Source of the DNA: Candidatus Latescibacterota bacterium
Lineage (GTDB): Bacteria > Latescibacterota > UBA2968
DNA length: 64,000 bases
Direction: 5' to 3'
Assembly (NCBI GenBank): GCA_965207885.1
Contig: OZ242311.1
Location: forward strand, 3,808,001 to 3,872,000
Positions within the stretch are counted from its first letter, which is position 1, and each line of letters opens with the position of its first letter. This document shows positions 37,655 through 47,955 of this stretch, one piece after another. The position numbers and the translations under genes were made by a program. The notes beneath the pieces are model-generated. The model searched no databases. It had not been told where the DNA came from and was given only the letters and a program-made list of their open reading frames with translations.

Positions 37655-38562
37655 TACTCTTTCTCCAGCTTATCCAATTTCCGGCTGAAAACCAATTCAA
37701 TCTCTGCCTTGATATCATCAATAGGCTTTGGATCGCCTGCCATACGCACCTGCGGCAATCCCAAACCGATCTTCATATTGTGAGAAAGCACAAGCCCGCG
37801 GTCGATATCGATCTCCCACTCGGCATTCCCCGATCCCTTGCCATCAATCACAAGCGACAACACCTCAATGTGAAACCAAATTCGGTAATGTACCTCGCGC
37901 TCCTCCTCAATCTCCACTACCCGGTACCCCTTTTGTTTTTTGATCTTTTTTAGCTTATACGCACTATTAAACTGCACGAGCGACGGCTCTAAACCAGCAT
38001 CGAAATCGTAAAACGGCACCTCAATGCGCTGCTCACCCTCCCAGGTATCCCCGACCGACACCGCCCGGTCGGGCAGCACGGGCGCGAGACCGGGCATCCA
38101 GACCTGCCGCAAATCCGTAATCATATCCTTGCGCTTAGCCTTGAAAGCCGAAAAATCGGGACCAAACGCATCCACCTGTCCCCCGGGCGCAATCTCCCAG
38201 GCAAACGAAAGGTCGTTCAACAAATCCAGGGTATAGGGGAATTGCTCATAGGTCAACCGCTCACCCGTCAATATGGCCTGGCTCCCGGCCTTATCTACTC
38301 TGGCAGTCACTTTCACGCTATCGCCCCCTCCGACCACCATTTCTCGGCTCCGCCATTCCCCATACCCCTGCATAGTAAACGAGCCTTCTCTCAAAATCAT
38401 CTCGGCCTTATCGCTAAAATAGTCCAGGCGATACTTGTTCTTATAGCGAGCGATTCGCCCTTCGGGATACTGCAACTTCAACATCACCTGATCGGTAGCA
38501 CAAACCTCCCCTCCCATCACCAGAATCCCTATCGCACATAGAATCCATCTCAAGACCTTCAT
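37654..38562 (-). CDS. Secreted hypothetical protein (DUF6263-like beta-rich)
   Basis: Signal peptide, LPDRAVSVGDTW and G.G....DIDRGLV. ATG 38562 has AGGAGG. Confidence 0.6.
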   Translation of the reverse strand: MKVLRWILCAIGILVMGGEVCATDQVMLKLQYPEGRIARYKNKYRLDYFSDKAEMILREGSFTMQGYGEWRSREMVVGGGDSVKVTARVDKAGSQAILTGERLTYEQFPYTLDLLNDLSFAWEIAPGGQVDAFGPDFSAFKAKRKDMITDLRQVWMPGLAPVLPDRAVSVGDTWEGEQRIEVPFYDFDAGLEPSLVQFNSAYKLKKIKKQKGYRVVEIEEEREVHYRIWFHIEVLSLVIDGKGSGNAEWEIDIDRGLVLSHNMKIGLGLPQVRMAGDPKPIDDIKAEIELVFSRKLDKLEKE

Positions 38563-38587
38563 AGCATCCTCCTTCCCGATGCCTTCT

Positions 38588-40807
38588 CTATCCACCTTGC
38601 CTCTTTCTTCTTTCCCGGATCAACATTTCCAACTCGCGCACAGCATTCGCATCTCTCGCGATTTGCCGGTATCTATCCAAAGCCGCCTCAGCCTCCACCT
38701 CCCGCCCAGCCTCTGCACAGACCAGTGCCAGATTGTGGTAAGGTACAGCGTAATCGGGGTCGGACTCAATGGCTTTCCGATACCAATAGATTGCCACATC
38801 CAGAGAATCCCGAAGCGTATATGTATCCCCCAGATCGGTATAATCCCGGGCTGTGCCGGGTCGCGTTCTAAACCTCTCCCGAATATCGGCCTCCCACAAC
38901 TCGCAGGCGTGATGCAGAGGTACAACCAGAGTCGAATCCCTTGCCGCTGCTTCCCGCCACATTTTTACCGCCTCCGAGAATTGCCTGTTCCTGACAAACA
39001 CAGTACCAAGTCCCGCATAAGCATCTGCCATTCCGGGCCAGACCTTCAGAGCCTGCCGAAACGCAATCTCCCCGGCCCGGTCATCACCCTGTTGCAATGC
39101 CTCAATGCCCACCTGCACCTGTGCCTCTGGATCATCGGCAAGAAGACCTGTCACTATTGTCCGATATTCCGTCAGAGCTTTGGACAGCTTATTACCCCTA
39201 TCGCCCGATAGATTCACACCCTCCAGCATCGAAGCCGCTCGTATGCGCACCAATCGCGAGGAATCATCCAGCCGCTCGGCTACGGCCTCAATACCCGCAT
39301 CGCTCCCATGCCCCATCAATCCCTCTATCGCCCGGGTGCGTACCATCGGATGTGGATCGCCCAGAGCATCTATCAAAGCCTTTTCAGCCCCCTCATCAGC
39401 CTGCCTGCCCAGCAATACGGCTGCCGAAGCCCGCAACACCATACTCTGGTCTTTCGAAAGCGCGATCAAACCATCCAGAGCCTTTGGATCTCCCATCCGT
39501 CCCAGAACAATTGCTTCAGCCTGAGCCACTTCATCCGCCTGTGAACCCCACCACGTTTTTACCCAACTCGCCGCCCAGTTGGGGGTTTGATCGCTATGGC
39601 ATTCGTTGCACGCATTTGGAATGCCAAACCGAACCGTATTTTCCGGTACCGGCGACAGGATGCGGTGGTCGTATATCCCAATCCGCTTCACCTCTTCTAC
39701 AGGTGGCATATGGCAATCCACACACCCCACCGTCTTGTGATTGCTATGCCTTTCAACAGGCTCTCCCACATCCACCCTGTGACAGTCCAAACACACCCGG
39801 TCATAGGTTGCAGCGCGGGTCTCGCCTTCCCCTCTCACAGGACCCAGATGATGAGAATCGTGACAACCCGCACACGTCAGATGCCCCGCCGTATAACACG
39901 AACTCATCAAAAAAGCCAGCGTGTTGTAGTTCAATTCGCGGTAGCGTCCATCTGCCCAGAACTTCTCGCTGTCCAGCACTTCCAATTCGTAAAAGTCGTA
40001 AAACGGATCGCCCGGCTGATATCCCTCCTTGATAATCCGCTTATGTGCGTGGCACTGCGCGCAGACCTCCACTGACTGCTCCGAACTCAAAAATTGCAAA
40101 TTTACCAGTGTCGTATCCCGCGCTGGCACCTGATCCGGCAACGCTTTCCAGAATGCCACATGTTGGCCTCCAGGTCCGTGGCATGTTTCGCAATTAATAC
40201 TCAAGTCCGTCCAGTGCGTCGCGTAAGTGCCTGTCTCTGGATCGTAATTCTTTTTGATCTGACTCGCGTGACAATCGTGGCATTGGAAGTTCCAGTTCCG
40301 CCCAAAATTCGTCCAGTAATTGACATCGCCCGGCGCAAATCCCTGCGGATGATCGAACAACCCCTCCACCGGATCGAACCACGTCTGTTCTCGAACATCC
40401 CAATAGGCCGGCAGCACCTGAATGCGTCCACCTTCGAGCGTGGTCAAATACCACTGCGTATCCCGATCTCCTATCGCGTACTCGATGGGATAGACCCCCC
40501 GTTTTCCATCCGCACCATCCGTCTCCATAAAATAGGTCCCCTCCCGCACAAACATTCGAGAAGTCATTCCCCTATACGTATATGTATTGTTCTGCCTAAA
40601 ATCTCCCCGCACAGTCTCGACCGAAGGCACTTGCATTGACCGCAGATGCAATGACCCCTGCCATTCTTTATAAGCCTCCAGATGACACGTTGCACACGCC
40701 TCTGCACCCGTATATATCGCTTTGGAAGTCACGGGCTGTGGAGGATCTTCCGCACACCCACATACCATTACTACAAAGAGAAAAGTCCCCGGGATCACTG
40801 CGCGCAT
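38588..40807 (-). CDS. Multiheme (8 CxxCH) cytochrome c lipoprotein with HEAT and TPR repeats
   Basis: Lipobox VCGC. Heme motifs CATCH, CHDCH, CETCH, CAQCH, CAGCH, CLDCH, CVDCH and CNECH. Then HEAT repeats (D....VR..A...L) and TPRs. Confidence 0.9.
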   Translation of the reverse strand: MRAVIPGTFLFVVMVCGCAEDPPQPVTSKAIYTGAEACATCHLEAYKEWQGSLHLRSMQVPSVETVRGDFRQNNTYTYRGMTSRMFVREGTYFMETDGADGKRGVYPIEYAIGDRDTQWYLTTLEGGRIQVLPAYWDVREQTWFDPVEGLFDHPQGFAPGDVNYWTNFGRNWNFQCHDCHASQIKKNYDPETGTYATHWTDLSINCETCHGPGGQHVAFWKALPDQVPARDTTLVNLQFLSSEQSVEVCAQCHAHKRIIKEGYQPGDPFYDFYELEVLDSEKFWADGRYRELNYNTLAFLMSSCYTAGHLTCAGCHDSHHLGPVRGEGETRAATYDRVCLDCHRVDVGEPVERHSNHKTVGCVDCHMPPVEEVKRIGIYDHRILSPVPENTVRFGIPNACNECHSDQTPNWAASWVKTWWGSQADEVAQAEAIVLGRMGDPKALDGLIALSKDQSMVLRASAAVLLGRQADEGAEKALIDALGDPHPMVRTRAIEGLMGHGSDAGIEAVAERLDDSSRLVRIRAASMLEGVNLSGDRGNKLSKALTEYRTIVTGLLADDPEAQVQVGIEALQQGDDRAGEIAFRQALKVWPGMADAYAGLGTVFVRNRQFSEAVKMWREAAARDSTLVVPLHHACELWEADIRERFRTRPGTARDYTDLGDTYTLRDSLDVAIYWYRKAIESDPDYAVPYHNLALVCAEAGREVEAEAALDRYRQIARDANAVRELEMLIRERRKRQGG

Positions 40808-40822
40808 CGATCTTCCTCTATT

Positions 40823-41710
40823 CTAAATGGCTCCCAAAAAAGTCTCAGACCATTTCGGCTCGTAATCGCTCTCGAACAGCCAGTCGAAATTCTCGGGCAC
40901 AATATGAGCGCGCTCGGGACGCAACTTCTCTCGTAGCCGCGGAAAAAACGACATCAACCCATCGCGCTGACTCTTCGGCAACCCGCAGGACACGCCCGTA
41001 GCGACCCATGCCGTTAGCATCGCCTTGCGGGGTACCGTATCTTCGTTCTGCCATGCGGAGTGCAATCCCCCGCTGCACAAAATCAAAATCTGACCTCGAC
41101 GCGCAACAGCCGGAACCGGCTCTTGCTCCAGCCACGGCGTATCAACCAGCTCGGGCACATGCTCGGGATAAGCTGCTGCGGTATCCGGCGGCTCTGGGCG
41201 CAACCCGTGGACGCGGGGCAACATCGCCTTGTGCTCTGGCGTCAAAACCCGGCTCCAGTGTTCCATAATCGGGCGATGGCTACCCGGCAGAATGCGCATA
41301 GCTCCCCGATGCTCGGGCACGTCATTGACCCAGAACCACAACTCAGCGCGCATCCGGCGTGGCGTCGCCTGAAAATCCTCCCAGGTCGCCTGGATATCGA
41401 CGTGACATCCATTCCCCCATTGCTCGCGGACGCTCGCAAAAGGTGCGCTACTCGGTGCGCGCTCGTGGGGTGACAATCCCCACCACAAATGCACGGACTC
41501 GGCTCGCAACACCTTCCTGGCGACCTCCTCCAAATAGGGGTGCTGGACGACATCGACATAATCCGGATCTTCATAAGGCGGACGCCCGCTCGCCTTCAAC
41601 CTGTCCCATGCCGCCTCGGCGCGGTCCAGTTCCTCGGTGGTGAAGGGACTGTCAATCGTAACCGCTCCCTCCTCATCGTATTGCCTCATTTGTGCATCGG
41701 TAAACAGCAT
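40823..41710 (-). CDS. Phytanoyl-CoA dioxygenase (PhyH) family Fe(II)/2OG oxygenase
   Basis: HVD...GAMRILPGSH...LHSA..N...R facial-triad pattern. Confidence 0.85.
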   Translation of the reverse strand: MLFTDAQMRQYDEEGAVTIDSPFTTEELDRAEAAWDRLKASGRPPYEDPDYVDVVQHPYLEEVARKVLRAESVHLWWGLSPHERAPSSAPFASVREQWGNGCHVDIQATWEDFQATPRRMRAELWFWVNDVPEHRGAMRILPGSHRPIMEHWSRVLTPEHKAMLPRVHGLRPEPPDTAAAYPEHVPELVDTPWLEQEPVPAVARRGQILILCSGGLHSAWQNEDTVPRKAMLTAWVATGVSCGLPKSQRDGLMSFFPRLREKLRPERAHIVPENFDWLFESDYEPKWSETFLGAI

Positions 41711-41753
41711 AGCGCCCCCATTAGTGTTTCGAATCAAACGATCCCTATCATTA

Positions 41754-41782
41754 AGTTTATCGCCTCTCAAACCGAAATTCAA
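41754..41782 (-). promoter_or_regulatory. Putative promoter heading the long minus-strand gene run
   Basis: TTGAAT-17 nt-TAAACT on the minus strand. Confidence 0.45.
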
Positions 41783-41915
41783 GCAAATACCGCGAGCTAT
41801 GCCTTGTGTGAGACAAGCCGATGGCCTATATTTCTATTGGAATGCCCGGAACCCCTTGAACTGCCGGGCGTTCCCGTATATATAGCCCCTCATCTTTTGC
41901 CGGGAGGACAATGCG

Positions 41916-44384
41916 ATGAACACAACCCTCAAATGTGTTGCACCCGTCCTGCTCTGTTTCTTGCTCTCTGCACCGCTTGCCGCCCGTGAAGCCCAGGTTG
42001 ACTCTCTCATTGCCCGGGGACAGGCTGCCTTTGAAGACAATAAAAAAGACCAGGCCATCAAAGCACTCACAGCAGCCATTAAACAGAATCCCGATAACAT
42101 TCAGACCTACCTCGCCGTTGCTCCCATATACATCAACGCGGGATATCTGGACCACGCGATGAAGGCATTTAAAGAGGCCCTCAAACTCAATGATGCCTCG
42201 CCAGAAGCCCAGACCGGCATTGCAGATATCTACTATAAAAAAGCTTCTGGCGGGATCATGGCTGTTTACCATGCTCGCAAAGCCGTCAGCGCGGCCCGGC
42301 GTGCCACCCGGCTCGATCCCACCTACGCTCCTGCCTACATCCTCCTCGGTCGCGCGTACATCCGCCTGAATGAGAACCACACCGCTGCCTCGCGGGCTTT
42401 TGCACAGGCATTGACACACCAGCCCGACAATCCCGAAATCGCCTATCTCCTGGGCACTTCCTATATTGAACTGCGCCGCAACGCCCAGGGCCGTCAACGC
42501 GACAACCAGACGATCCTGAGCGAATCCATCCTCAAAAACCTCGAATACCACCTCGAAAATGCACGCTTCCTCCCCATCGCCGCGCAGATCCTCTTCGATA
42601 AGGGAGAGCCGGAAAAAGCACTCAACGTCTTTGAACAATTCATCGCCACCCTGCCCGAAACAGAACGGACCTATTACGACGACATCGCCAGGGTAGGTAC
42701 CAAAGAAGAACTCAAAATCTACGAAGAAACCCCCGAAGCCGAGCAACCCGCCTTTCTCGAACAATTCTGGGCAAAGCGCGATTTTGATTTGCTCACCGAA
42801 GTCAACGAACGCCTCATCGAGCACTACCGCAGGGTGTGGTACGCGCGGAACCACTTCGCCGAAGCCAAAACACCCTGGGATGCGCGGGGAGACATCTACA
42901 TCCGCTACGGCGATCCCGACTACCGCGCGCGTTCTGGCAGAGCCAATCCCGAAATCACGCCCGCCGTAGAACAGGTCAAAGAACGCCTCGCCCTGGCCCT
43001 CTACGGTCCCGAAGCCATGGACGAAGTCTTTACCGGACCGGTCTATCCCATCCGTTCCAACCAGTCTTTTGTGGGCGAACTCGATCCTGCGGCCCTCGCA
43101 CGCACCGATGAAGGCGGCAATATTCTCGTCCCCCCCGGCACAATTGAAGGCAACCTGGACGAATTCATTCTCACAGAAGCCCTTGGTGCAGATGGAGAGG
43201 CAAGCGGTGAAGTCGGAGAAATTGGGCAGTTGGCCCTCGACGAATACCAGCGGCGGCAGACGCGCCCCGAAAACCAGCATCACTTTCTGCCCGTCACCTC
43301 ACGGGGCGACATGACCATTGTGCCCTGGGAAACCTGGGTTTATACCAATATTGGAGAAGGCATCGAAATCACCTTCACCAACGAGTTGGGCAACGGTGTT
43401 TACAACTATGCGCCGCTTCCCGACTTTCCCCACGAAGAAACCACCATTGGCCTGCACCGGTTCTCCCTGCTCGCGTATTACGCCCCCGAGGCCATCGCCA
43501 ACCGCACGGTCAGCGAAGTACCCGACTTTTACACGCCCGGCGGCCCCATGTCGGGCCTCGGATTCCACTACGATTTTGCCGACTTTCGCGGATCAGATGG
43601 CACCACCCGCCTGGAGATCTACTACGGTATTGACCCCGTGGAAATGGGCACCTTTGCTTCGGGCGACACCTCCACGATTGTCGCCGACTGCGCCGTCATC
43701 CTGGCCGATACCTCCTACACCAACGTTTACCGCGCACAAGACGCCATATTTTTCCGGTCTATCGGCCACCACATGTGGCCCGAAGGCTCCTTCATCCCCA
43801 CCCTCATCCCGATAGACGTACCCCCCGGCAACTACCTGCTCACAGTACAGGTCAATGACCGCGCTGCCGAACGCAAAGGTATTTATCGCCATCAAGTACA
43901 GGTTGAACCTTACCAGTCCAACGCCTTGCAACTCAGCGACATCCAGCTAAGCTGGAACATCTCGGAAAACCCGGGTGACGAAAAATTCCGCAAAGGCGAC
44001 GTATGGGTCGTGCCCATGATCTCCCGCGCCTACCAGAAAGACCAGAGTGCCTATGCCTACTACGAACTCTACAACCTCACCCGAAACGAATTTGGGCAAA
44101 CCCGCTATCGCGTCACCTATACCATTGCCGTGGAAGATCCAATACGCCCCTTCAATCTGGTCCGCAGCAGCGTTGGTGCTCTTGCCAGTATATTCCAGCG
44201 AAAGGACAAAACACAGGTCACAGTCAGCTTCGAACAGACCGGCAACGAACAATCTACCACCGGGTATTTTGAACTCAGCCTGAAAAGAGTCAAAGCCGGT
44301 TACAACCGCCTCACCGTCACAGTCGAAGACCTCAACAATGGACAAAAAGCCGCCAAAGAAATCCAGTTCAGGTACAAAAAATAG
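41916..44384 (+). CDS. GWxTD domain protein with N-terminal TPRs
   Basis: Signal peptide, TPRs, FWAKRD...NERLIEHYRRVWYA...WDARGDIYIRYGDPD...WETWVY, LSDIQL and YYELYNL. Confidence 0.85.
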   Translation: MNTTLKCVAPVLLCFLLSAPLAAREAQVDSLIARGQAAFEDNKKDQAIKALTAAIKQNPDNIQTYLAVAPIYINAGYLDHAMKAFKEALKLNDASPEAQTGIADIYYKKASGGIMAVYHARKAVSAARRATRLDPTYAPAYILLGRAYIRLNENHTAASRAFAQALTHQPDNPEIAYLLGTSYIELRRNAQGRQRDNQTILSESILKNLEYHLENARFLPIAAQILFDKGEPEKALNVFEQFIATLPETERTYYDDIARVGTKEELKIYEETPEAEQPAFLEQFWAKRDFDLLTEVNERLIEHYRRVWYARNHFAEAKTPWDARGDIYIRYGDPDYRARSGRANPEITPAVEQVKERLALALYGPEAMDEVFTGPVYPIRSNQSFVGELDPAALARTDEGGNILVPPGTIEGNLDEFILTEALGADGEASGEVGEIGQLALDEYQRRQTRPENQHHFLPVTSRGDMTIVPWETWVYTNIGEGIEITFTNELGNGVYNYAPLPDFPHEETTIGLHRFSLLAYYAPEAIANRTVSEVPDFYTPGGPMSGLGFHYDFADFRGSDGTTRLEIYYGIDPVEMGTFASGDTSTIVADCAVILADTSYTNVYRAQDAIFFRSIGHHMWPEGSFIPTLIPIDVPPGNYLLTVQVNDRAAERKGIYRHQVQVEPYQSNALQLSDIQLSWNISENPGDEKFRKGDVWVVPMISRAYQKDQSAYAYYELYNLTRNEFGQTRYRVTYTIAVEDPIRPFNLVRSSVGALASIFQRKDKTQVTVSFEQTGNEQSTTGYFELSLKRVKAGYNRLTVTVEDLNNGQKAAKEIQFRYKK

Positions 44385-44401
44385 AGAGATGGCAAAATCA
44401 A

Positions 44402-44434
44402 AAAAAGGCGACCGAAAAACTCGGTCGCCTTTTT
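44402..44434. terminator. Bidirectional rho-independent terminator
   Basis: Perfect inverted repeat AAAAAGGCGACCGA / TCGGTCGCCTTTTT between convergent genes. Confidence 0.85.
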
Positions 44435-44453
44435 ACATGCTCAACACAACGAA

Positions 44454-45395
44454 CTAAAAAGCGAAGCCCATCCCAAACCGCAAGGGTTGATTCAGATCGT
44501 GTTTGGACTGCTGCCAGGCCACATCCGCCGTGATCTTTGTCCCGGCCAGGGGCAATTTCACGCCTGCACCTGCTGTAAGCCCAAAGGAATCGTAGCGGAA
44601 CATATACCCTCCGCGCAGCGCCAGTATATTGCCCAGCCAGGCTTCGCCGCCCACATGGTAGCGCTCTTCCCAGTTGATCAGGAAGTTCATTTCAACCGCC
44701 CCGGTGATATAAAACGGATCGCCTTGCTGTCCATAGACCTCGGCAGCGGTTCCCAGATTGAACGACAGGGGTTGCTGGAACTGTCTTCGCAAAACCTCTG
44801 TGTCCTTTCCAAAGTTCCGCAGTGCCATTGACAGCCTTAGGCTGCCAAGCCCGGTGTAGAACTTGGTGCCAAAATCCACGTTAAAAGTCGTGTGGTTGGT
44901 CAAGTCCAGATCCTCGCGAGCCAGCATAAATCGCACGCCAAAAGACAGCTTGTCTGTGAACTTGCGGCTATAGATGAGACTAAAGGCCGATGTGCCCAGG
45001 CTGAGCGTTCGACCCGTGCCTCCCGGCTGCAAAATCGTGGTCTCTTCCACATCCTCTGGCTTAAAAGTCAGGATGCTGACCCCGATGGTATGCACACCGC
45101 TTGTATAAGCTATAGCCCCGGTGTTGAATGTAGAATTTACGAACCACTGCGAATGGCTCAACGACACTTCCAATTTCTCCACGCCCGTCATCCCGGCTGG
45201 ATTCCACCACGCGGCATTGACATCGTCTGCGGCTGTTGCATAAGCACTCCCCATTGCTACGGCTCGAGGGCTTTGCGCCACCGCAAGGGGCGAGAAGATT
45301 GTCAAGTCCGGCCGCTTAATAAGCCCACCTGCATATGCTGGAATAGCCATCAATGTCGTGGCGAGCATGCAGATGAGAAAAACTTTTTTATACAT
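44454..45395 (-). CDS. PorV/PorQ family outer-membrane protein (FadL-like barrel)
   Basis: SPRAVAMGSAY.....D..A.WWNPAG, LRGGY, GLTAGAG and terminal F. Confidence 0.85.
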   Translation of the reverse strand: MYKKVFLICMLATTLMAIPAYAGGLIKRPDLTIFSPLAVAQSPRAVAMGSAYATAADDVNAAWWNPAGMTGVEKLEVSLSHSQWFVNSTFNTGAIAYTSGVHTIGVSILTFKPEDVEETTILQPGGTGRTLSLGTSAFSLIYSRKFTDKLSFGVRFMLAREDLDLTNHTTFNVDFGTKFYTGLGSLRLSMALRNFGKDTEVLRRQFQQPLSFNLGTAAEVYGQQGDPFYITGAVEMNFLINWEERYHVGGEAWLGNILALRGGYMFRYDSFGLTAGAGVKLPLAGTKITADVAWQQSKHDLNQPLRFGMGFAF

Positions 45396-45450
45396 ACTTG
45401 CACTCCTTATTCAGAGGGGCGATAGGCAGAGACTACCCATCGCCCGCCGG

Positions 45451-47955
45451 TTACCTGACAGATCCCCCAACCACCACAAATGTCCCGCGCTGGATCTTTC
45501 CGTTACTCTCTGGCGTCAGGGACTTCACCACGAAGAAATAGACCCCGGCTGGAACCTGTCCCGTCACCGCCTTGGTGAGCTGGATATATTCCGCTTCTCC
45601 AACCGCTGGATTATCGTGGTCAAACTCCGACATCAGATCTCCGGAAACCGAGAAAATCTTCACATTGCACTTGGACGGCAAATTCACGAATCGAATTTTA
45701 TCCGACCCCTCATAGGCGTGAGAACCATCGGCCAAGAAGGGATTGGGCACCACCGACACCTTCGCTTCCAGACGTTCGGCCTCTGCATAAGCGGCCACTG
45801 CCGGGCTCGTGGGGATCCACGAATACCGGAAGAACTGCTCGGGAGCAGCCAACCCACTCTCCAACCCGCTTTGTACCGACTGCTGTGCAGCCGGTGGCAA
45901 ATCGGACAGCGTCCTGGTGCCATCGCTGCTGGTCCAGGTGCTGTGACCAGTGTCATAAGCCGTCACCGCATAATAATAGGCAAATCCAGCCAGAGATGTA
46001 TCGTCGGTGTAAGAATACCGATCACCTTCTTTGTGCGCCGTATCTCCGACCTTGATATCCTTCAGGAGTTGCCAGTTGTCGAAGTAAAAATCGCTGCGGT
46101 AAATCCGGTAACCAGCAATATCCTTGGCTTCGGCAGTACCCGCATAATCGGGATCTTCCAGATCGTCGATACTCTGCCAGCTAATTTTGGCAGTAGCTGC
46201 CGGTGTATTCGCGATCCAGGTGTGGAGATCCGGCGGCGGGAGCGGCACGTCGCCGCCCAGTTCGTACATCGCCTGAGCGTGCTGCGCGTGCTTCATCAAA
46301 TTCCGCATGGCCTTGTCCGTGTGCAAATCGGCCTGATTCTGCGGGATATTCCGCTGCCAGCCCCACATATTTTCCTCTACTGGCATCGATGCTGTAAAAG
46401 CCATCACGATCTTCACGCGGTCGCCCCTTTGCATATCGTAGGGACCATACGTGTGAGAAAACGCATGCCAGTTGGGCGACATGGGTTGCTCAGGGGTCTC
46501 GCCCCGTCGCGTGGGATTGTCCTGCACCGGCAGAGGTGCAGTCGGATTGTCCGGCCAGCCCGTGCGTCCGGCGATATTGTACATACTCACCCGCTCGCCC
46601 GGGTTAGCCACCGACACCAGCGCAATACCGATCTCGTCGGTGCTATGTCGGTTGATATCCGGTTCTTCCTTGTGAGTGAACCACGGCACGGCAAAGGGCT
46701 GCTCTGCCACCTTTGGAGCTATGTAATTTGCGTAGTCGTCGTTCACAAAAGGCGGCGTATAGTCAATCGGAATCGCCCCCACGTACTGCCCAGCCAGGAG
46801 TTCTCCGCGCTGTTGGAAGTTCACCCGCCCCCAGCAGCACTGGTTTTCGGGCTGATGGGGATCACCCGCATCGTCGTGCGCGGTCAGCGGAGAGTCCCAG
46901 TCAAAAGCGTAGCTCATCTTCATGCCCACTGCGTCCGCCACATCCGCGTGATTCGGGTCGGCTGTCCCGTAGTTGGCCGCCTCGGTATAGCGGTACACAT
47001 CGTCCTGGATCACATCGTAGTTCTCCGACTCCTGACGGCGCAACAACCAGTAGTAATAGCCCCGCGCTCTATCTACGCGGTCTCTATTGGCCGTGCCGCC
47101 TTCCGTGGGCCAGAAATAGTTGTAAAACGCAAAATAAACATCCTTGAGATTCAGCCCGGCACCGCCGTTGAGATCGGCAACGCCATCGCCATCGGAGTCT
47201 CCGGTATTCTCAAACACATTCTCCACAATGATGAAGTCATCCCAGTCCCGAAACGTCCACTGGTAAATCTTCTTTGTGCCTTGAATACCGGCCTCCGTCG
47301 TCCACTTGGCGATCGCCACCAGTTCTCCAAACCGCTTGTGCTCCGGCTTCATATACGTGTGAAAATCCCAGTTGTGAATCTCCACAATATTGTCCGAACC
47401 CGGATGCGGCTGCCCCGGCCACCAGTTCTTGGCTTCCGCTATCGGAATCCCCTTGAGCGGGTGCTGAGGGTCCATCCCCACACCCAGTTGCCCTTCGATT
47501 TCCGTACTCACCGGATACGCCATCGGCGTGATGTCCGGGCTGGTGGTCAGGCTCGTAAACGATACCACGAGGTCTTTTCCACGCGAGGGGGTGTATTCTG
47601 ACGGGTCGGGCCTGGTGATAATAAACGTTCCCAGGCTCCGCGCCGTGGCCGTTCTCAGCAGGTAATTTTGCACCCACTGGTTGGACCCCGGCCATCCGCG
47701 CCTATCCCACAAACTCCCTGGCAAGCGGTTCCGCCCCGGATAGGCCACGCCCTCCATGCTGGCGCGCCGGCTTCCATCTCGATCGGGACCGTGCATACCT
47801 GTGTTCATCAGCCCCGTCCAGAGCTTGCTGCGCCGCAGGTTGCGCCACGGCAACCGAGGAATATTTTGAGCGGCTACCTCGCAGGCCAGCGACATCACAA
47901 AGATTCCCACAAGGATTGCCCCGGCCGTGCGAGAAAATTTCGCATACATTTTCAT
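45451..47955 (-). CDS. Secreted hypothetical protein with Fn3-like domain and T9SS-CTD/FlgD-like C-terminus
   Basis: Signal peptide, GYRIYRS...YYYAVTAYD, then VVPNPF...IRFVNLP..C.VKIFSVSGD...AGVYFFVV...GTFVVV. Confidence 0.75.
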   Translation of the reverse strand: MKMYAKFSRTAGAILVGIFVMSLACEVAAQNIPRLPWRNLRRSKLWTGLMNTGMHGPDRDGSRRASMEGVAYPGRNRLPGSLWDRRGWPGSNQWVQNYLLRTATARSLGTFIITRPDPSEYTPSRGKDLVVSFTSLTTSPDITPMAYPVSTEIEGQLGVGMDPQHPLKGIPIAEAKNWWPGQPHPGSDNIVEIHNWDFHTYMKPEHKRFGELVAIAKWTTEAGIQGTKKIYQWTFRDWDDFIIVENVFENTGDSDGDGVADLNGGAGLNLKDVYFAFYNYFWPTEGGTANRDRVDRARGYYYWLLRRQESENYDVIQDDVYRYTEAANYGTADPNHADVADAVGMKMSYAFDWDSPLTAHDDAGDPHQPENQCCWGRVNFQQRGELLAGQYVGAIPIDYTPPFVNDDYANYIAPKVAEQPFAVPWFTHKEEPDINRHSTDEIGIALVSVANPGERVSMYNIAGRTGWPDNPTAPLPVQDNPTRRGETPEQPMSPNWHAFSHTYGPYDMQRGDRVKIVMAFTASMPVEENMWGWQRNIPQNQADLHTDKAMRNLMKHAQHAQAMYELGGDVPLPPPDLHTWIANTPAATAKISWQSIDDLEDPDYAGTAEAKDIAGYRIYRSDFYFDNWQLLKDIKVGDTAHKEGDRYSYTDDTSLAGFAYYYAVTAYDTGHSTWTSSDGTRTLSDLPPAAQQSVQSGLESGLAAPEQFFRYSWIPTSPAVAAYAEAERLEAKVSVVPNPFLADGSHAYEGSDKIRFVNLPSKCNVKIFSVSGDLMSEFDHDNPAVGEAEYIQLTKAVTGQVPAGVYFFVVKSLTPESNGKIQRGTFVVVGGSVR

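Noticed and set aside
41826-43283. 485-aa ORF on the - strand
   Set aside because: Antisense to the GWxTD gene, with no recognisable motifs.
45358-47601. 747-aa ORF on the + strand
   Set aside because: Antisense shadow of the 834-aa secreted protein. Arg/His-rich with no motifs, and explained by codon bias of the real gene.
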